Made by a program: the position numbers and the translations under genes
Shown: positions 49,590-59,289 of the stretch, in pieces
Layout: each line of letters begins with the position of its first letter
How positions within the stretch are numbered: position 1 is the first letter of the stretch
Origin: Gammaproteobacteria bacterium
GTDB taxonomy: Bacteria > Pseudomonadota > Gammaproteobacteria > Ga0077536
Assembly: GCA_023257255.1 (NCBI GenBank)
Contig: JALRCR010000003.1
Coordinates: 8,627-72,626 of the forward strand
DNA: 64,000 nt
Direction: 5' to 3'
The notes under the pieces: generated by a model
Told to the model about the DNA's origin: nothing
The model's input: only the letters and a program-made list of their open reading frames with translations
Databases searched by the model: none

Positions 49590-50693
49590 ATGGCCCTCAG
49601 CGCCAATCGTTTCCAGCTGGCCGTGTTTGGCAGCAACGTCAGCCACGGCTGCACCATTTCCTCCGCTGCCGGCGGCATTGCGGTTGAGTGGGCCGAATCG
49701 CTGCGAATCGCGCAAACCGCCGACCGGCTGGGTCTGGAGGCGATCATTCCGGTCTGTCGCTGGAAAGGATTTGGCGGGCCCAGCGAGTTCAATCACCGCA
49801 GCTTCGAAACCTGGACCTGGGCCGCCGGGATCGCGCAGGCCACCGCCCACATCCAAGTCTTTGCCACCACCGCCGTCGCCTCGGTGCATCCGGTGATGGC
49901 CGCCAAGCAGGGCGCGACGATCGACCATATTTCTGGCGGCCGTTTCGGGTTGAACGTGGTCGCAGGCTGGAATAGCCACGAAGTGGCGATGTTTGGCAAA
50001 GCCCAGCTGCCGCACGCTGCGCGCTATGCCATGACCGACGAGTGGATGAGCCTCATCCAGGCGCTGTGGACACGCGAGGGCGAGTTTGATTTCGCCGGCG
50101 AGTACTTTCAGGCCCCGCACTGTTACGCCGAACCCAAACCCGTGCAGCGCCCGCGGCCGCCGGTGATGAGCGCCGGCGTTAGCCCGGCCGGCCGGCGCTT
50201 CGCCGCCCGTCATGCCGACATGAACTTCATCCTTGCGCCCAATCTGGCCATGGCGGCGGCCACCGTCGCCGACGTGCACCGGATTGCCCGCGAAGACTTT
50301 GGGCGCACGGTCGAGGTCTGGGGCAATGCCGCGGTGTTCTGCGCGCCCACCCATGCCGAGGCCGAAGACTATTACCGTCACGTCATCCACGAACAGGGCG
50401 ATTTGGAAGCCGCCGGCAACTTGCTGGACACCTTCACCGCCGAGTCGGGCAGCCAGTTGCCGGATCCGGCACTGCGCGAAAGCTATCTGCGCAACATGAT
50501 GGCCGGCTATTCGGGCTTCCCGGTGGTGGGGACGCCGGAGGAAGTGGTCGATTTCCTGCAGGAAATGGCCGCCTGCGGCATGGCCGGCGCGACGCTCTCG
50601 TGGCCCGATTACGACGCCGGCCTGCAGCAACTGGCGCAGGCCATCCTGCCCGAGATGGAGACGCGTGGCCTGCGCGCGCCGCGGGCAGTCTAA
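49590..50693 (+). CDS. LLM flavin-dependent monooxygenase (paralog of 28802..29929)
   Basis: FQLAVFGSNVSHG, PVCRWKGFGG, HPVMAAKQ.ATIDHISGGRFGLN, PKPVQ; ORF-track extension to 48630 is antisense to the YhbW-type gene. Confidence 0.87.
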   Translation: MALSANRFQLAVFGSNVSHGCTISSAAGGIAVEWAESLRIAQTADRLGLEAIIPVCRWKGFGGPSEFNHRSFETWTWAAGIAQATAHIQVFATTAVASVHPVMAAKQGATIDHISGGRFGLNVVAGWNSHEVAMFGKAQLPHAARYAMTDEWMSLIQALWTREGEFDFAGEYFQAPHCYAEPKPVQRPRPPVMSAGVSPAGRRFAARHADMNFILAPNLAMAAATVADVHRIAREDFGRTVEVWGNAAVFCAPTHAEAEDYYRHVIHEQGDLEAAGNLLDTFTAESGSQLPDPALRESYLRNMMAGYSGFPVVGTPEEVVDFLQEMAACGMAGATLSWPDYDAGLQQLAQAILPEMETRGLRAPRAV

Positions 50694-52045
50694 GGCTCAC
50701 GCGCGCTTTCACCCCGGTAACGGCGCAGCGGACCAAGCAGAAAATCGAGCGCCCGGCGCTGCCCCAGCGCGAACTCGACGGTCACCGTCATCCCGGGCGT
50801 GAATGGCACCTCCTGGCCGTCGATCCTCAGGCCTGGCGCGTCCAGGGCAATACCGGTGTTGAAGCGGAGCTGGCGATCCGGCCCCTCTGCCGCATCGGCC
50901 GCCAGCCGCGCCACCCGGCCGGCCACCGTGCCGTAGCGGGTAAAGTTGAAGGCGTCGGCCTTCACCACCACCGGCTGCCCCAACCGCACCAGACCAATGT
51001 CGCGATTGCCGACCAGGGCTTCAACCATCCTCGGCGCGGCATCGGGGACGATTTCCAGCAGCGTGACGCCAGCGGCCACTACCCCGCCCGGCGTCTGCGT
51101 CACAAGCCCCTGCACCCTTCCCGCAACCGGCGCATAAAGCCTTGTCCCGGCGAGGCTTCGGTCAACGCGCGCCAGCTCGCTGGCCAGCGCGTGCAGGCGA
51201 CGGTCGGTCTCCAGTTGCTCGGTGAGCGTGCGCTCCACGAACTGGGCAATGACGGTCTCGCGGCGCGCGGCCAGGGTGGCCAGTTCGGCGTCACCCGCCT
51301 GCAGGCTGCCACGCGCCGTCTCCAGCGCGTCCACCGCGACCAGGCGTTCCCGCTCGCGGGCCAGCCACTGCACACGCGGCAGCATGCCGCGTTGCTGCAA
51401 GGCCGCCAGCGCCGCGGTTTCTTCGCTCAACAGCGCCACCGTGCGCGTCAAACCCGGCAGACGCGCGGTGCTCGCGGCCAGCAGGGCACGCTTCTGCCGC
51501 GCCTCTTCTTCCAGGCCCGCGAGCGCCGTCTGGTAGGCCGTCCACTGCGCGTGAAAGCGGGCCACCACGTCGCCGTCCTCGGCGGGTGACGACACTACGA
51601 GCCCTGCGGGCAGACGGCAGGCGGCACGCTGGCTACAGGCCAACACGGCGGCGCGGGCCGCCTGCGCGCCCGTGAGCTGCTGCCGCTCTGCCGCCAGACG
51701 GCGCCGGTCGGCGAGCAGCACACTGTCATCCAGCGCGAGTAGCAGCTGCCGCTGCGCCACCCGCTGCCCTTCAATCACATGCACCGCGACCACGGTGGCC
51801 GGCTCGCTGACCTGCATCGCCCGGTTATGCCCCGTAACCACCACCCGACCCGGCGCCTGCACCACAATGTCGAGCCGTGCCCACCAGGCCCACGCCAGCA
51901 CCAGCGCGCACAGCAGGCAAATTGCCCACAGCGCCCGTCGGCCGCCCAGGCTGAACGGGGTGGCCAACAGCGCCTCGGCGGCGGGCAGGAACTCGCGGAG
52001 TTCGGCCGCGACAACGCGCCGGGACGCGCGCTTGTCAGCGGTCAC
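50690..52045 (-). CDS. HlyD-family type I secretion membrane-fusion protein
   Basis: EFLPAA, single TM, LYAPVAG.V, NRDIG.V, AFNFTRYG, PGMTV; GTG start overlapping the ABC transporter stop. Confidence 0.85.
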   Translation of the reverse strand: MTADKRASRRVVAAELREFLPAAEALLATPFSLGGRRALWAICLLCALVLAWAWWARLDIVVQAPGRVVVTGHNRAMQVSEPATVVAVHVIEGQRVAQRQLLLALDDSVLLADRRRLAAERQQLTGAQAARAAVLACSQRAACRLPAGLVVSSPAEDGDVVARFHAQWTAYQTALAGLEEEARQKRALLAASTARLPGLTRTVALLSEETAALAALQQRGMLPRVQWLARERERLVAVDALETARGSLQAGDAELATLAARRETVIAQFVERTLTEQLETDRRLHALASELARVDRSLAGTRLYAPVAGRVQGLVTQTPGGVVAAGVTLLEIVPDAAPRMVEALVGNRDIGLVRLGQPVVVKADAFNFTRYGTVAGRVARLAADAAEGPDRQLRFNTGIALDAPGLRIDGQEVPFTPGMTVTVEFALGQRRALDFLLGPLRRYRGESAREP

Positions 52046-54168
52046 GCCGCCATCCCGTGAGCGCCGCGCAGCTGCAGCGCCCAGAGCTGCGCATAGCGCC
52101 CGCCGCGTCGCAGGAGTTCGGCATGCGCGCCCTGCTCGACCAGCCGGCCGTCTGCCATCACGACAATCTGGTCGGCGCGACACACGGCGCTCAGGCGGTG
52201 GGCGATGATCAGCACCGTGCGCCCCCGTGCGAGGTGCAGGAGCCGGCTGGTAAAGGCGGCTTCGGTTTCCACATCCAGCGCGGACGTCGCTTCGTCCAGC
52301 ACCAGCAGGCGGGGCGCGGTGACCAAGGCCCGGGCCAGGGCCAGCCGCTGCCGTTGGCCGCCGGATAAATCGAGCCCCTGTTCACCGAGCAGCGTGTCGT
52401 AGCCCTGTGGCAACTGCAGGATGAACTCGTGTGCACCGGCCAGCCGCGCGGCGAGTTCGATTTGTGCCTGCGCCAGTCCGGGCGCCGCCAGCGCGATATT
52501 GGCCGCCACCGAGCGCCTGAACAGTCGGGCGTCCTGCGGCACCACGCCAATCTGCCGGCGCAAGGCCTGCGAGTTGAAATGTGCGAGGTCGGTCTCGTCC
52601 AGCAGGATGCGGCCCCGCTGCGGCACATACAGCCGTTGCAGCAGGCTGGCCAGCGTGCTTTTACCGGAACCCGATGCCCCAACCACCCCCAGCACTGTGC
52701 CCGGCGCAAGTTCGAGGCTGAGGTCTTCAAGCACATCAGGCCCCTGCGGGCGATAGCGAAAGCTCACCCCCTCAAACCTGATCCGCCCGCCCAGCGTCGG
52801 GCTGGCGGCGCTCGCCGACGGCGCTGGCTCGGGCAGGACTTGCAGAATCCCGTCGAGCCGGCGCAAGGACACCCGCAGCTGCTGAAACTCCTGCCAGCAC
52901 TGGGCCAAGCGCAACACCGGCTGGGTCAGCCGCGCGGCCACCAGATTGAAGCCCACCAGTTCACCTACCGTCAGCCCGCCGGCCATGACCATGCGCGCGC
53001 CCAGCCACAGCGTGACCAGAGTGCCCACTTTCTGCAGCAGGCCGCTGAGCTGGGCGAGCAGACTGGCGGCCCGCTGCAGCCGCTGACCGGCGATGGTGGC
53101 GGCGACTTGCAGTTCGTCCCAGCGGCGCAGTTCGCTGAGCTCGCAGGCAGCCGCCTTGAGCGTGGCGTAGCCGTTCACGGCCTCCACCAGAAACGACTGG
53201 GCATCGGCCTGCCGGTCGTAGCGTGTTTCAAGCAGGGCTCTTAAGGGCGGTGCGCTGAACGCGACCAGACCGGCCTGTGCCAGCAGGGCCACCAGGACCA
53301 CCGCAGCGAGCGTCGCCTGCCAGGCCAGCAGCAGCGCTAACGCGCCCAGCGCAAAGATCAGGTCCAGGGCCAGCGTTAGCGCCGGGCCGGTGAGGAAGGT
53401 CCGCAGCTGCTCAAGCTCCCGCACCGCCGCTACCGTGTCGCCGGTGCGGCGCGTCTGGAACCAGGCGAGCGGCAGGTGAAACAAATGGCGGAGCACTTGG
53501 CCGGACCACAGCACGTCCAGGCGCCCTGCGGTGTGCGTCAACAAACTGCTGCGCAAGCCACCCAGCAGCGCCTCGGACACGCAGACCAGCAGCAGGCCCA
53601 GACACAGCACGTCGAGGGTGGTCTGTTGTTGATGCACCAGCACCTTGTCGATCACGACCTGAAAAAAGAGCGGCGTCAGCAGGCCAAGTAGCTGCAGGAA
53701 AAAACTGGCCCCCAACACGCCGAGCAAGGCCTGCCGATGGGCGAACAGGGCTGGCCAGAACCAGCCCGCGCGCCCGCTGTCGTCGCGCGTGCCCCGCCCC
53801 AGCAGCAGGAGCTCGCCGGTCCACGCCGCAAGAAACTCGTCAGCCCGCAGCACCCGCGGGGGCTGACCCGGCGCCTGCACCAGCGCCTCATCACCCCGCC
53901 ATCCCGCGAGCAGCAGCAAGCGGCCGTCCTGCATGGCCGCCAGCACGGGCAAGGGCAGTTCGGCGAGGGTTGGCGGCGCGCCGCGCAGCGTACGCGCACG
54001 CAAGCCGAGTTGACGGGCCACGCTGGCCAGCGTTGCCAGCGTCAGCGGATGCGGTTGGTGGGCCAGTTGCGTGGCCAGCGCATCGGGCGCCAGCGCGATG
54101 CCAAGCGCACGCGCCAGCAGCAGGAGGGCCGTAGGCCCGGCATCAGACGAGATGGCAGCAGGCGACAT
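52042..54168 (-). CDS. HlyB-family type I secretion ABC transporter with C39-like domain
   Basis: LLTPLFFQVVIDKVLVH, GASGSGKS, LSGGQRQR, LDEATSALD, IAHRL; N-terminal C39-like domain lacking the catalytic Cys. Confidence 0.9.
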   Translation of the reverse strand: MSPAAISSDAGPTALLLLARALGIALAPDALATQLAHQPHPLTLATLASVARQLGLRARTLRGAPPTLAELPLPVLAAMQDGRLLLLAGWRGDEALVQAPGQPPRVLRADEFLAAWTGELLLLGRGTRDDSGRAGWFWPALFAHRQALLGVLGASFFLQLLGLLTPLFFQVVIDKVLVHQQQTTLDVLCLGLLLVCVSEALLGGLRSSLLTHTAGRLDVLWSGQVLRHLFHLPLAWFQTRRTGDTVAAVRELEQLRTFLTGPALTLALDLIFALGALALLLAWQATLAAVVLVALLAQAGLVAFSAPPLRALLETRYDRQADAQSFLVEAVNGYATLKAAACELSELRRWDELQVAATIAGQRLQRAASLLAQLSGLLQKVGTLVTLWLGARMVMAGGLTVGELVGFNLVAARLTQPVLRLAQCWQEFQQLRVSLRRLDGILQVLPEPAPSASAASPTLGGRIRFEGVSFRYRPQGPDVLEDLSLELAPGTVLGVVGASGSGKSTLASLLQRLYVPQRGRILLDETDLAHFNSQALRRQIGVVPQDARLFRRSVAANIALAAPGLAQAQIELAARLAGAHEFILQLPQGYDTLLGEQGLDLSGGQRQRLALARALVTAPRLLVLDEATSALDVETEAAFTSRLLHLARGRTVLIIAHRLSAVCRADQIVVMADGRLVEQGAHAELLRRGGRYAQLWALQLRGAHGMAA

Positions 54169-54327
54169 GCGCGTGGCGGTCCTTGTCGTTCAAGAACCAC
54201 CAGCCTGCCTGTGCCGGCCGGTGCTACGGGGACCGGAGCCGACCGGCTGCCGATGCGCAGGAGGAACTCCCGGTCGCGGCGGGGCTGATGTCCCGCAACG
54301 ACCGACAGAAAGCCCGGCGGCTACGGG

Positions 54328-55266
54328 CTACCAGGCGAGCGGCATCCCGAACTCGCGCTCGAAACGGGCGGCAAACTCCATGCGCGTGAAGCGATGATTC
54401 TGGGTGCCGGCGTGTTCGATTTTGATCGCGCCCATGAGTGAGGCAATCCGGCCGGTGACCGCCCAGTCCAGACGATTCAGGAGACCGTAGAGCAGGCCCG
54501 CACGATAAGCGTCGCCGCAGCCAGTGGGGTCGCGCAGCTGGGCGGGCTTGGCGGCCGGAATATCCAGCGTGCCGTGGCTGCGGTAAAGGATTGAGCCTTC
54601 GCCGCCCCGGGTCACCACCAGCGCCTGCACGTGCTGGGCAATTTCGGCCAGCGTCCAGCCGGTGCGCTCCTGCATCAACTCCGACTCGTAGTCGTTCACC
54701 GTGACGTAGGTCGCCTGCATGATGAACTGCTTGAGGTCGTCGCCGTTGAACATCGGCAGGCCCTGACCTGGATCGAAAATGAAGGGAATCCCCGCTTCTA
54801 CAAACTGGCGGGCGTGCTCAATCATGCTCTGCCGGCCGTCCGGGGCCACGATGCCCAGCGTCACGCCCGCGGCGTCGCGCACCTGGTTGAGATGCGCCTG
54901 CTCCATCGCGCCGGGATGGAACGCGGTGATCTGGTTGTCGTCGAGATCGGTGGTGATGAAGGCCTGCGCGGTCATGGTGTTCTCGACCACGCGCACGTGC
55001 TGGCGATTGATGCCGCAGGTATCCATCCACTGCGCATAGGGCGCGAAATCGATGCCCACCGCGCCCATCGGGATGGGCTCGCCGCCCAGCAGTTTCAGGT
55101 TGTAGGCGATATTGCCCGCACAGCCGCCAAATTCGCGGCGCAACTGCGGCACCAGGAAAGACACATTCAGAATGTGGATCTTGTCCGGCAGGATGTGATT
55201 CTTGAACTGGTCCTGGAAGACCATGATGTTGTCGAAGGCAAAAGAGCCGCAAATGAGCGCGGACAT
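54328..55266 (-). CDS. PfkB-family carbohydrate/nucleoside kinase, probable adenosine kinase
   Basis: CGS.AFD.IM, GGCAGNIAY, FDPGQ, NDYE, DPTGCGDAYRAG. Confidence 0.85.
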   Translation of the reverse strand: MSALICGSFAFDNIMVFQDQFKNHILPDKIHILNVSFLVPQLRREFGGCAGNIAYNLKLLGGEPIPMGAVGIDFAPYAQWMDTCGINRQHVRVVENTMTAQAFITTDLDDNQITAFHPGAMEQAHLNQVRDAAGVTLGIVAPDGRQSMIEHARQFVEAGIPFIFDPGQGLPMFNGDDLKQFIMQATYVTVNDYESELMQERTGWTLAEIAQHVQALVVTRGGEGSILYRSHGTLDIPAAKPAQLRDPTGCGDAYRAGLLYGLLNRLDWAVTGRIASLMGAIKIEHAGTQNHRFTRMEFAARFEREFGMPLAW

Positions 55267-55353
55267 GGCAAACCTTTCGGTGAGGAGGCAGGGCCAACAT
55301 GGTGCCCTAGCGGACTAGACGGCGCCACCCGCCGGGCTTCTCCCGCGATGCGG

Positions 55354-58300
55354 CTAGACCTGCGGCAAGCCGTCGAGCAGCGCGCGCGCTTCGCGCAGAA
55401 AGCCCAGCTGCTGCCCTTCTTCGTATTGCGCGTAGACCTGCTGGAGGCGCGCGGCCGCATCGGCGGCGGCCGGGCAGCGCGGCGCGAGACGCACCAGCGA
55501 ACTTGCGATTCGCAACTGGGCGAGACGGTTGTGCTGCGCTTCGGCGACGCCCCAGGCCTGCCGCAGAATCATCTCCGCCTCCGTCACTTGACCAGCAGCG
55601 GCGGCGACCTCACCGCGCAAGCGCTGCACTTCGGCTTCCAGCCAGCGTTCGCTGACGCTGCGCTGGGACAGCACGGGATCGCTGAGCGTGCGCCGCACCT
55701 CATCCGGTCGTCCCGCGTGGAGCCACACGTTGGCCTGTACCACCAAAAACAAATGCATGCCGATGGTGGCGCCGCTGGCTCGCCACTGCGCGAGCACGGC
55801 TTCCAGATCGGTGATGCCTTCGGCAACGCCGCGCCGTGCCCTGGCCCAGTTGCGCACGACCTGTCCGGCCACTTCGAGGTAGGCAAAGCCACGCTCGCGC
55901 GCCAGCTCAATCAAGCGCTCCGCCCAGTGTTCGGCGCTATCGATTTCGGACAGGAAATGCTGGTTCCACATCGCCGCACCGTACGCAAACACGCGGCTGA
56001 AAGGGTGGTCGATTGCTTCGGCCCGCGCAACCGCTTGCCAGATTTGGGCCTGCGCCTGCTCGGGATAGCCGAGGAATCCCAGCGCCCAGCCCAGAATGCC
56101 CCGGTTCGCGACGTCTGGATCCTGCCCGAACTGCGCCACCAGCCCGGCGTGGGCCGCCGGATCAAACAGGGCAACGGCTTCTTCCATGTAGTGTCGGGCG
56201 GCGATGAAATCGCCCGTCCAATAGGCGTTGTTGCCCAGCAGCCGATTGGCTTCCAGCAACAGTGCCGATTCACCCGACTGGCGCGCGAGCTCGATCAGTT
56301 GCTGGCCGATACGGGCAGCTTCCTGCATGTCGCCCTGACCCTGCCGGTACTGCCACAGCCCGCGCAGGGCGCGGAATAGCTGCGCGTGGTCACCCACCTG
56401 ATTACAGAGTTCAGTCGCCCGCGCGTAGGCCGCCTGCACTTCCGGCGCGGCGTAGCTGCGCGCCACCACCGCTGCGGTGCCGAGCGCCAGCTGCAGTTGA
56501 AGTTCGCGGCGGTCCATGGCCTCGCCAGACGGCAGCTGGCCCAACAGGCTGAGCGCTTCGCGGTAGAAGTGAATGGCTTCCTCGTTGACGTAGGCCGCCA
56601 CCGCGCGATCGCCGGCGCGAGTGTAGTAATCGATGGCTTTAAGCCATGCCGCCTGCTCGGGCGGGCTATCCTCGCCTGCCTTGCGCCAGTGGTGAGCAAG
56701 CACCGGATACCAGCTTGCCAGATCGTCCGCGTGCGCCTGTTCCAACCAGCCCGCCACCGCCCGATGCAGCGTGCGTCGCTGCGAGAACAGCATGAGGTTA
56801 TAGGCGGCGTCTTTGATGAGGGTGCTGCGGAAGCGATGCGCGCTGTCGATTTCGGGATTACGGCTGGCACCACCGCGGCCCAGCGCGGGCGTCATGTCGC
56901 GCTTGCCCAACGCGTCGAGATGGGCCTCAAGGTCGGCTTCGGCGATCGCCACCGGGTAGATTTCGCGCAGCGCGTGGCGGCTGAAGACCCGACCGATCAC
57001 GCTGGCAACTTTGAGGGTGAGCTGTTCCGGCGCCGGCAGGCGATCGATGCTGGCCGTCACCACGCCTTCCACGGTGCCCGGCAGTTGCCAGTCGCGAGGC
57101 TCACCCGCCTCGGCCGCGATGAAGACTTCACGGCCGCGAACTTCGATAAGGCCGGCCTCGCGCAGGGCCGTGGCCAGGGTTTCGCTGTAATAGGGATTGC
57201 CGTCAGCACGCTCGGCAATCAACGCCACCACCGCCGCCGGCAGGTGGTCGACGGCCAGATGTTCGCAAAGCACCCGCTCCACGCCGGCGCGTTCCAGCGG
57301 CTGTAACAGCAGGCGCTGGCTGCCGCTGAGTTCCAGAAATTTTTCGATTTCTGGCGCCATAACCGGTCGGCTAGCCAGCGCGAGCAGCACGCTGGGCATG
57401 GCCTGCCAGACATGCAGCAGCAGCGCCCAGGAGGCGGAATCAAACCACTGCGCGTCGTGCAGGGCGAGCAGCACGGGCGCGCGCGGGCTTGCGTGCTGCA
57501 ACAGCCGTGCGATCAGCGCTTGCAGGGCGTCGGCGCGGGCGCGTCCGGTCAATTTGGCGGTGGTCTCGTTGTCGGGCCAGTCGCACGCGAAGACTACCCC
57601 CAGCAAGGGCGCCAAGTTGCTTTCCTCGCCCAGGCTGGCGAGCAGCGCATCGGGCACGGCGTCGGAGGCGGGCGTATCACCGCCCAGCAGCCACTCGAGC
57701 AGCAGCGGGCGCCACAGGTGATAGGGCGTGTTGCTGTCGATTGCATCCGCCGCGGCAGAAAGCACGGTCAGGCCTTCGCGCGCGGCCTGCGCCGCCAACT
57801 CGTCGATGAGCGCAGAACTACCCATGCCCGGCTCGCCCTGCACCAGCACGGCCCGCCGCACGGCGTCGTGACAATCCCGCAGCATGCTCAGCAGTTGGGT
57901 CCGCTCGGCGTCGCGGCCGACCAGCCGCCGTCCCGATGCGACCGCGGCGCGCGTGGTCGACAGCCGCCGACCGGGCCGGAACACGGCGACCGGTTCGGTC
58001 TTGCCTTTGAGTTTCATGGGTGCCAACGCCACGCAGTCCACGCGCGCACCGGCCGCCTGCGCGGTCGGGGCATCACACAAAATGCCCCCCGCTGCGGCGA
58101 CCATCAGGCGTGCGGCCAGATTCACCACGTCACCCATCACGGTGTATTCGCGGCGCAGGTCGCTGCCCACGGCGCCACAAAACGCCATGCCGGTGGTCAC
58201 GCCTACCGAGGAGCGGAAACCCAGTTCGGTCAGGCTGTCTTGCATCATCTGCGCCGCGCGCAGCCCGCGCTCGGGGTCGTCTTCATGTGCCAACGGGGGC

Positions 58301-59244
58301 AGGCCCAGCACGGCAATCAGCGAGGCGCCTTTATCGTCCACGCTGATTTTGTTGATGCTGCCTTCAAAGCGATATAGCGCGGTTTGCAGGGCGCGCATGG
58401 ATTCCTGCGCACGCTCAAGTGGCGTTTCGTAGGTGAAATCGGGCAGGTTGATAAACACCACTGTCACCATCCGCAACTCGGCCAGCCAGTCGGACTGGCC
58501 GGCGTCCAGCCGGGCGCGAATGGCGCCGGGGATGAAGCGCCGCAGGGCGTCAGCGGTATCGGGACCGGGCTCGATACGGGGCAGCGCGACCGGTGGCGGT
58601 GCTTGCAGTTCACGCAGGCGCACCACGCCCTGCCCGAGCACCTCGCCGTCGCCGGCCTGCGCCAGCAGCGCCCAGGCCTCGGGCGAGAGCACCAGATCGC
58701 CGGGTACGGCCTGACCGTTGGCGATCCCCACCTGGCTTAAGGGGCTGCCGGCCACCAGCAATTCCCAGCGATTGAAGACGCCGCCCAGCTGCAGCGCTGC
58801 AACCTGACCGGCGCCGACCGCCACCTTCAGCGACAAACGCACGTCCTCGCCGACCTCAAAGTCGTTCAGACGGGCCTGAATGCGTTGCGCGACGCTCGCC
58901 ACCGTCAAGGCCAGCGCCGGCAGTTGCGCCGGATCCTGCGCTGGCCAGAGGGCCAGCAGGGCATCGCCCGCGAATTTGACGGTGTCGCCACCGGCTTCGG
59001 AAATGAACTGGATCAGTTCGCCGAAGTAGGTGTTGAGGTAACGGGTGAGGTCTTCTGCCCCCGAGGGGCCGCGTGCCGCGAGGCGCTCGGTCAGCGCGGT
59101 AAAGCCGGAAATGTCGGCAAACAGGGCCAGCGCCGGGAAGGCCTCTGCGCTTGGTTCATCCACCGCGGTGAGGCCCGCGTTGAACCGCCGGATCACCAGC
59201 GCGGGCACATAGCTGGCGAGCGTCTGCAGGCTGCTGTTAGTCAT
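55354..59244 (-). CDS. sAC-like class III adenylate cyclase (tandem C1-C2) + STAND-type NTPase + TPR-like repeats
   Basis: C1 FADISGFT and KFAGDA, C2 DDKG and EYTVMGDVVNLAARL, LVGRD, GEPGMGSS, GNPYY, ASVIGR, helical C-terminus. Confidence 0.88.
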   Translation of the reverse strand: MTNSSLQTLASYVPALVIRRFNAGLTAVDEPSAEAFPALALFADISGFTALTERLAARGPSGAEDLTRYLNTYFGELIQFISEAGGDTVKFAGDALLALWPAQDPAQLPALALTVASVAQRIQARLNDFEVGEDVRLSLKVAVGAGQVAALQLGGVFNRWELLVAGSPLSQVGIANGQAVPGDLVLSPEAWALLAQAGDGEVLGQGVVRLRELQAPPPVALPRIEPGPDTADALRRFIPGAIRARLDAGQSDWLAELRMVTVVFINLPDFTYETPLERAQESMRALQTALYRFEGSINKISVDDKGASLIAVLGLPPLAHEDDPERGLRAAQMMQDSLTELGFRSSVGVTTGMAFCGAVGSDLRREYTVMGDVVNLAARLMVAAAGGILCDAPTAQAAGARVDCVALAPMKLKGKTEPVAVFRPGRRLSTTRAAVASGRRLVGRDAERTQLLSMLRDCHDAVRRAVLVQGEPGMGSSALIDELAAQAAREGLTVLSAAADAIDSNTPYHLWRPLLLEWLLGGDTPASDAVPDALLASLGEESNLAPLLGVVFACDWPDNETTAKLTGRARADALQALIARLLQHASPRAPVLLALHDAQWFDSASWALLLHVWQAMPSVLLALASRPVMAPEIEKFLELSGSQRLLLQPLERAGVERVLCEHLAVDHLPAAVVALIAERADGNPYYSETLATALREAGLIEVRGREVFIAAEAGEPRDWQLPGTVEGVVTASIDRLPAPEQLTLKVASVIGRVFSRHALREIYPVAIAEADLEAHLDALGKRDMTPALGRGGASRNPEIDSAHRFRSTLIKDAAYNLMLFSQRRTLHRAVAGWLEQAHADDLASWYPVLAHHWRKAGEDSPPEQAAWLKAIDYYTRAGDRAVAAYVNEEAIHFYREALSLLGQLPSGEAMDRRELQLQLALGTAAVVARSYAAPEVQAAYARATELCNQVGDHAQLFRALRGLWQYRQGQGDMQEAARIGQQLIELARQSGESALLLEANRLLGNNAYWTGDFIAARHYMEEAVALFDPAAHAGLVAQFGQDPDVANRGILGWALGFLGYPEQAQAQIWQAVARAEAIDHPFSRVFAYGAAMWNQHFLSEIDSAEHWAERLIELARERGFAYLEVAGQVVRNWARARRGVAEGITDLEAVLAQWRASGATIGMHLFLVVQANVWLHAGRPDEVRRTLSDPVLSQRSVSERWLEAEVQRLRGEVAAAAGQVTEAEMILRQAWGVAEAQHNRLAQLRIASSLVRLAPRCPAAADAAARLQQVYAQYEEGQQLGFLREARALLDGLPQV

Positions 59245-59263
59245 GCGCGAAGCCTTACTTAAA

Positions 59264-59277
59264 GCGGGCGCGCCCGC
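59264..59277. other. Perfect 14-bp palindrome between the DGC and cyclase genes (terminator or operator)
   Basis: gcgggcgcgcccgc followed by tttaa on the minus strand. Confidence 0.35.
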
Positions 59278-59289
59278 CAGTGTGTTGGC

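Noticed and set aside
54169-54327. Small double-glycine-leader peptide as T1SS cargo
   Set aside because: No ATG-started ORF on the minus strand, and the transporter lacks the peptidase Cys
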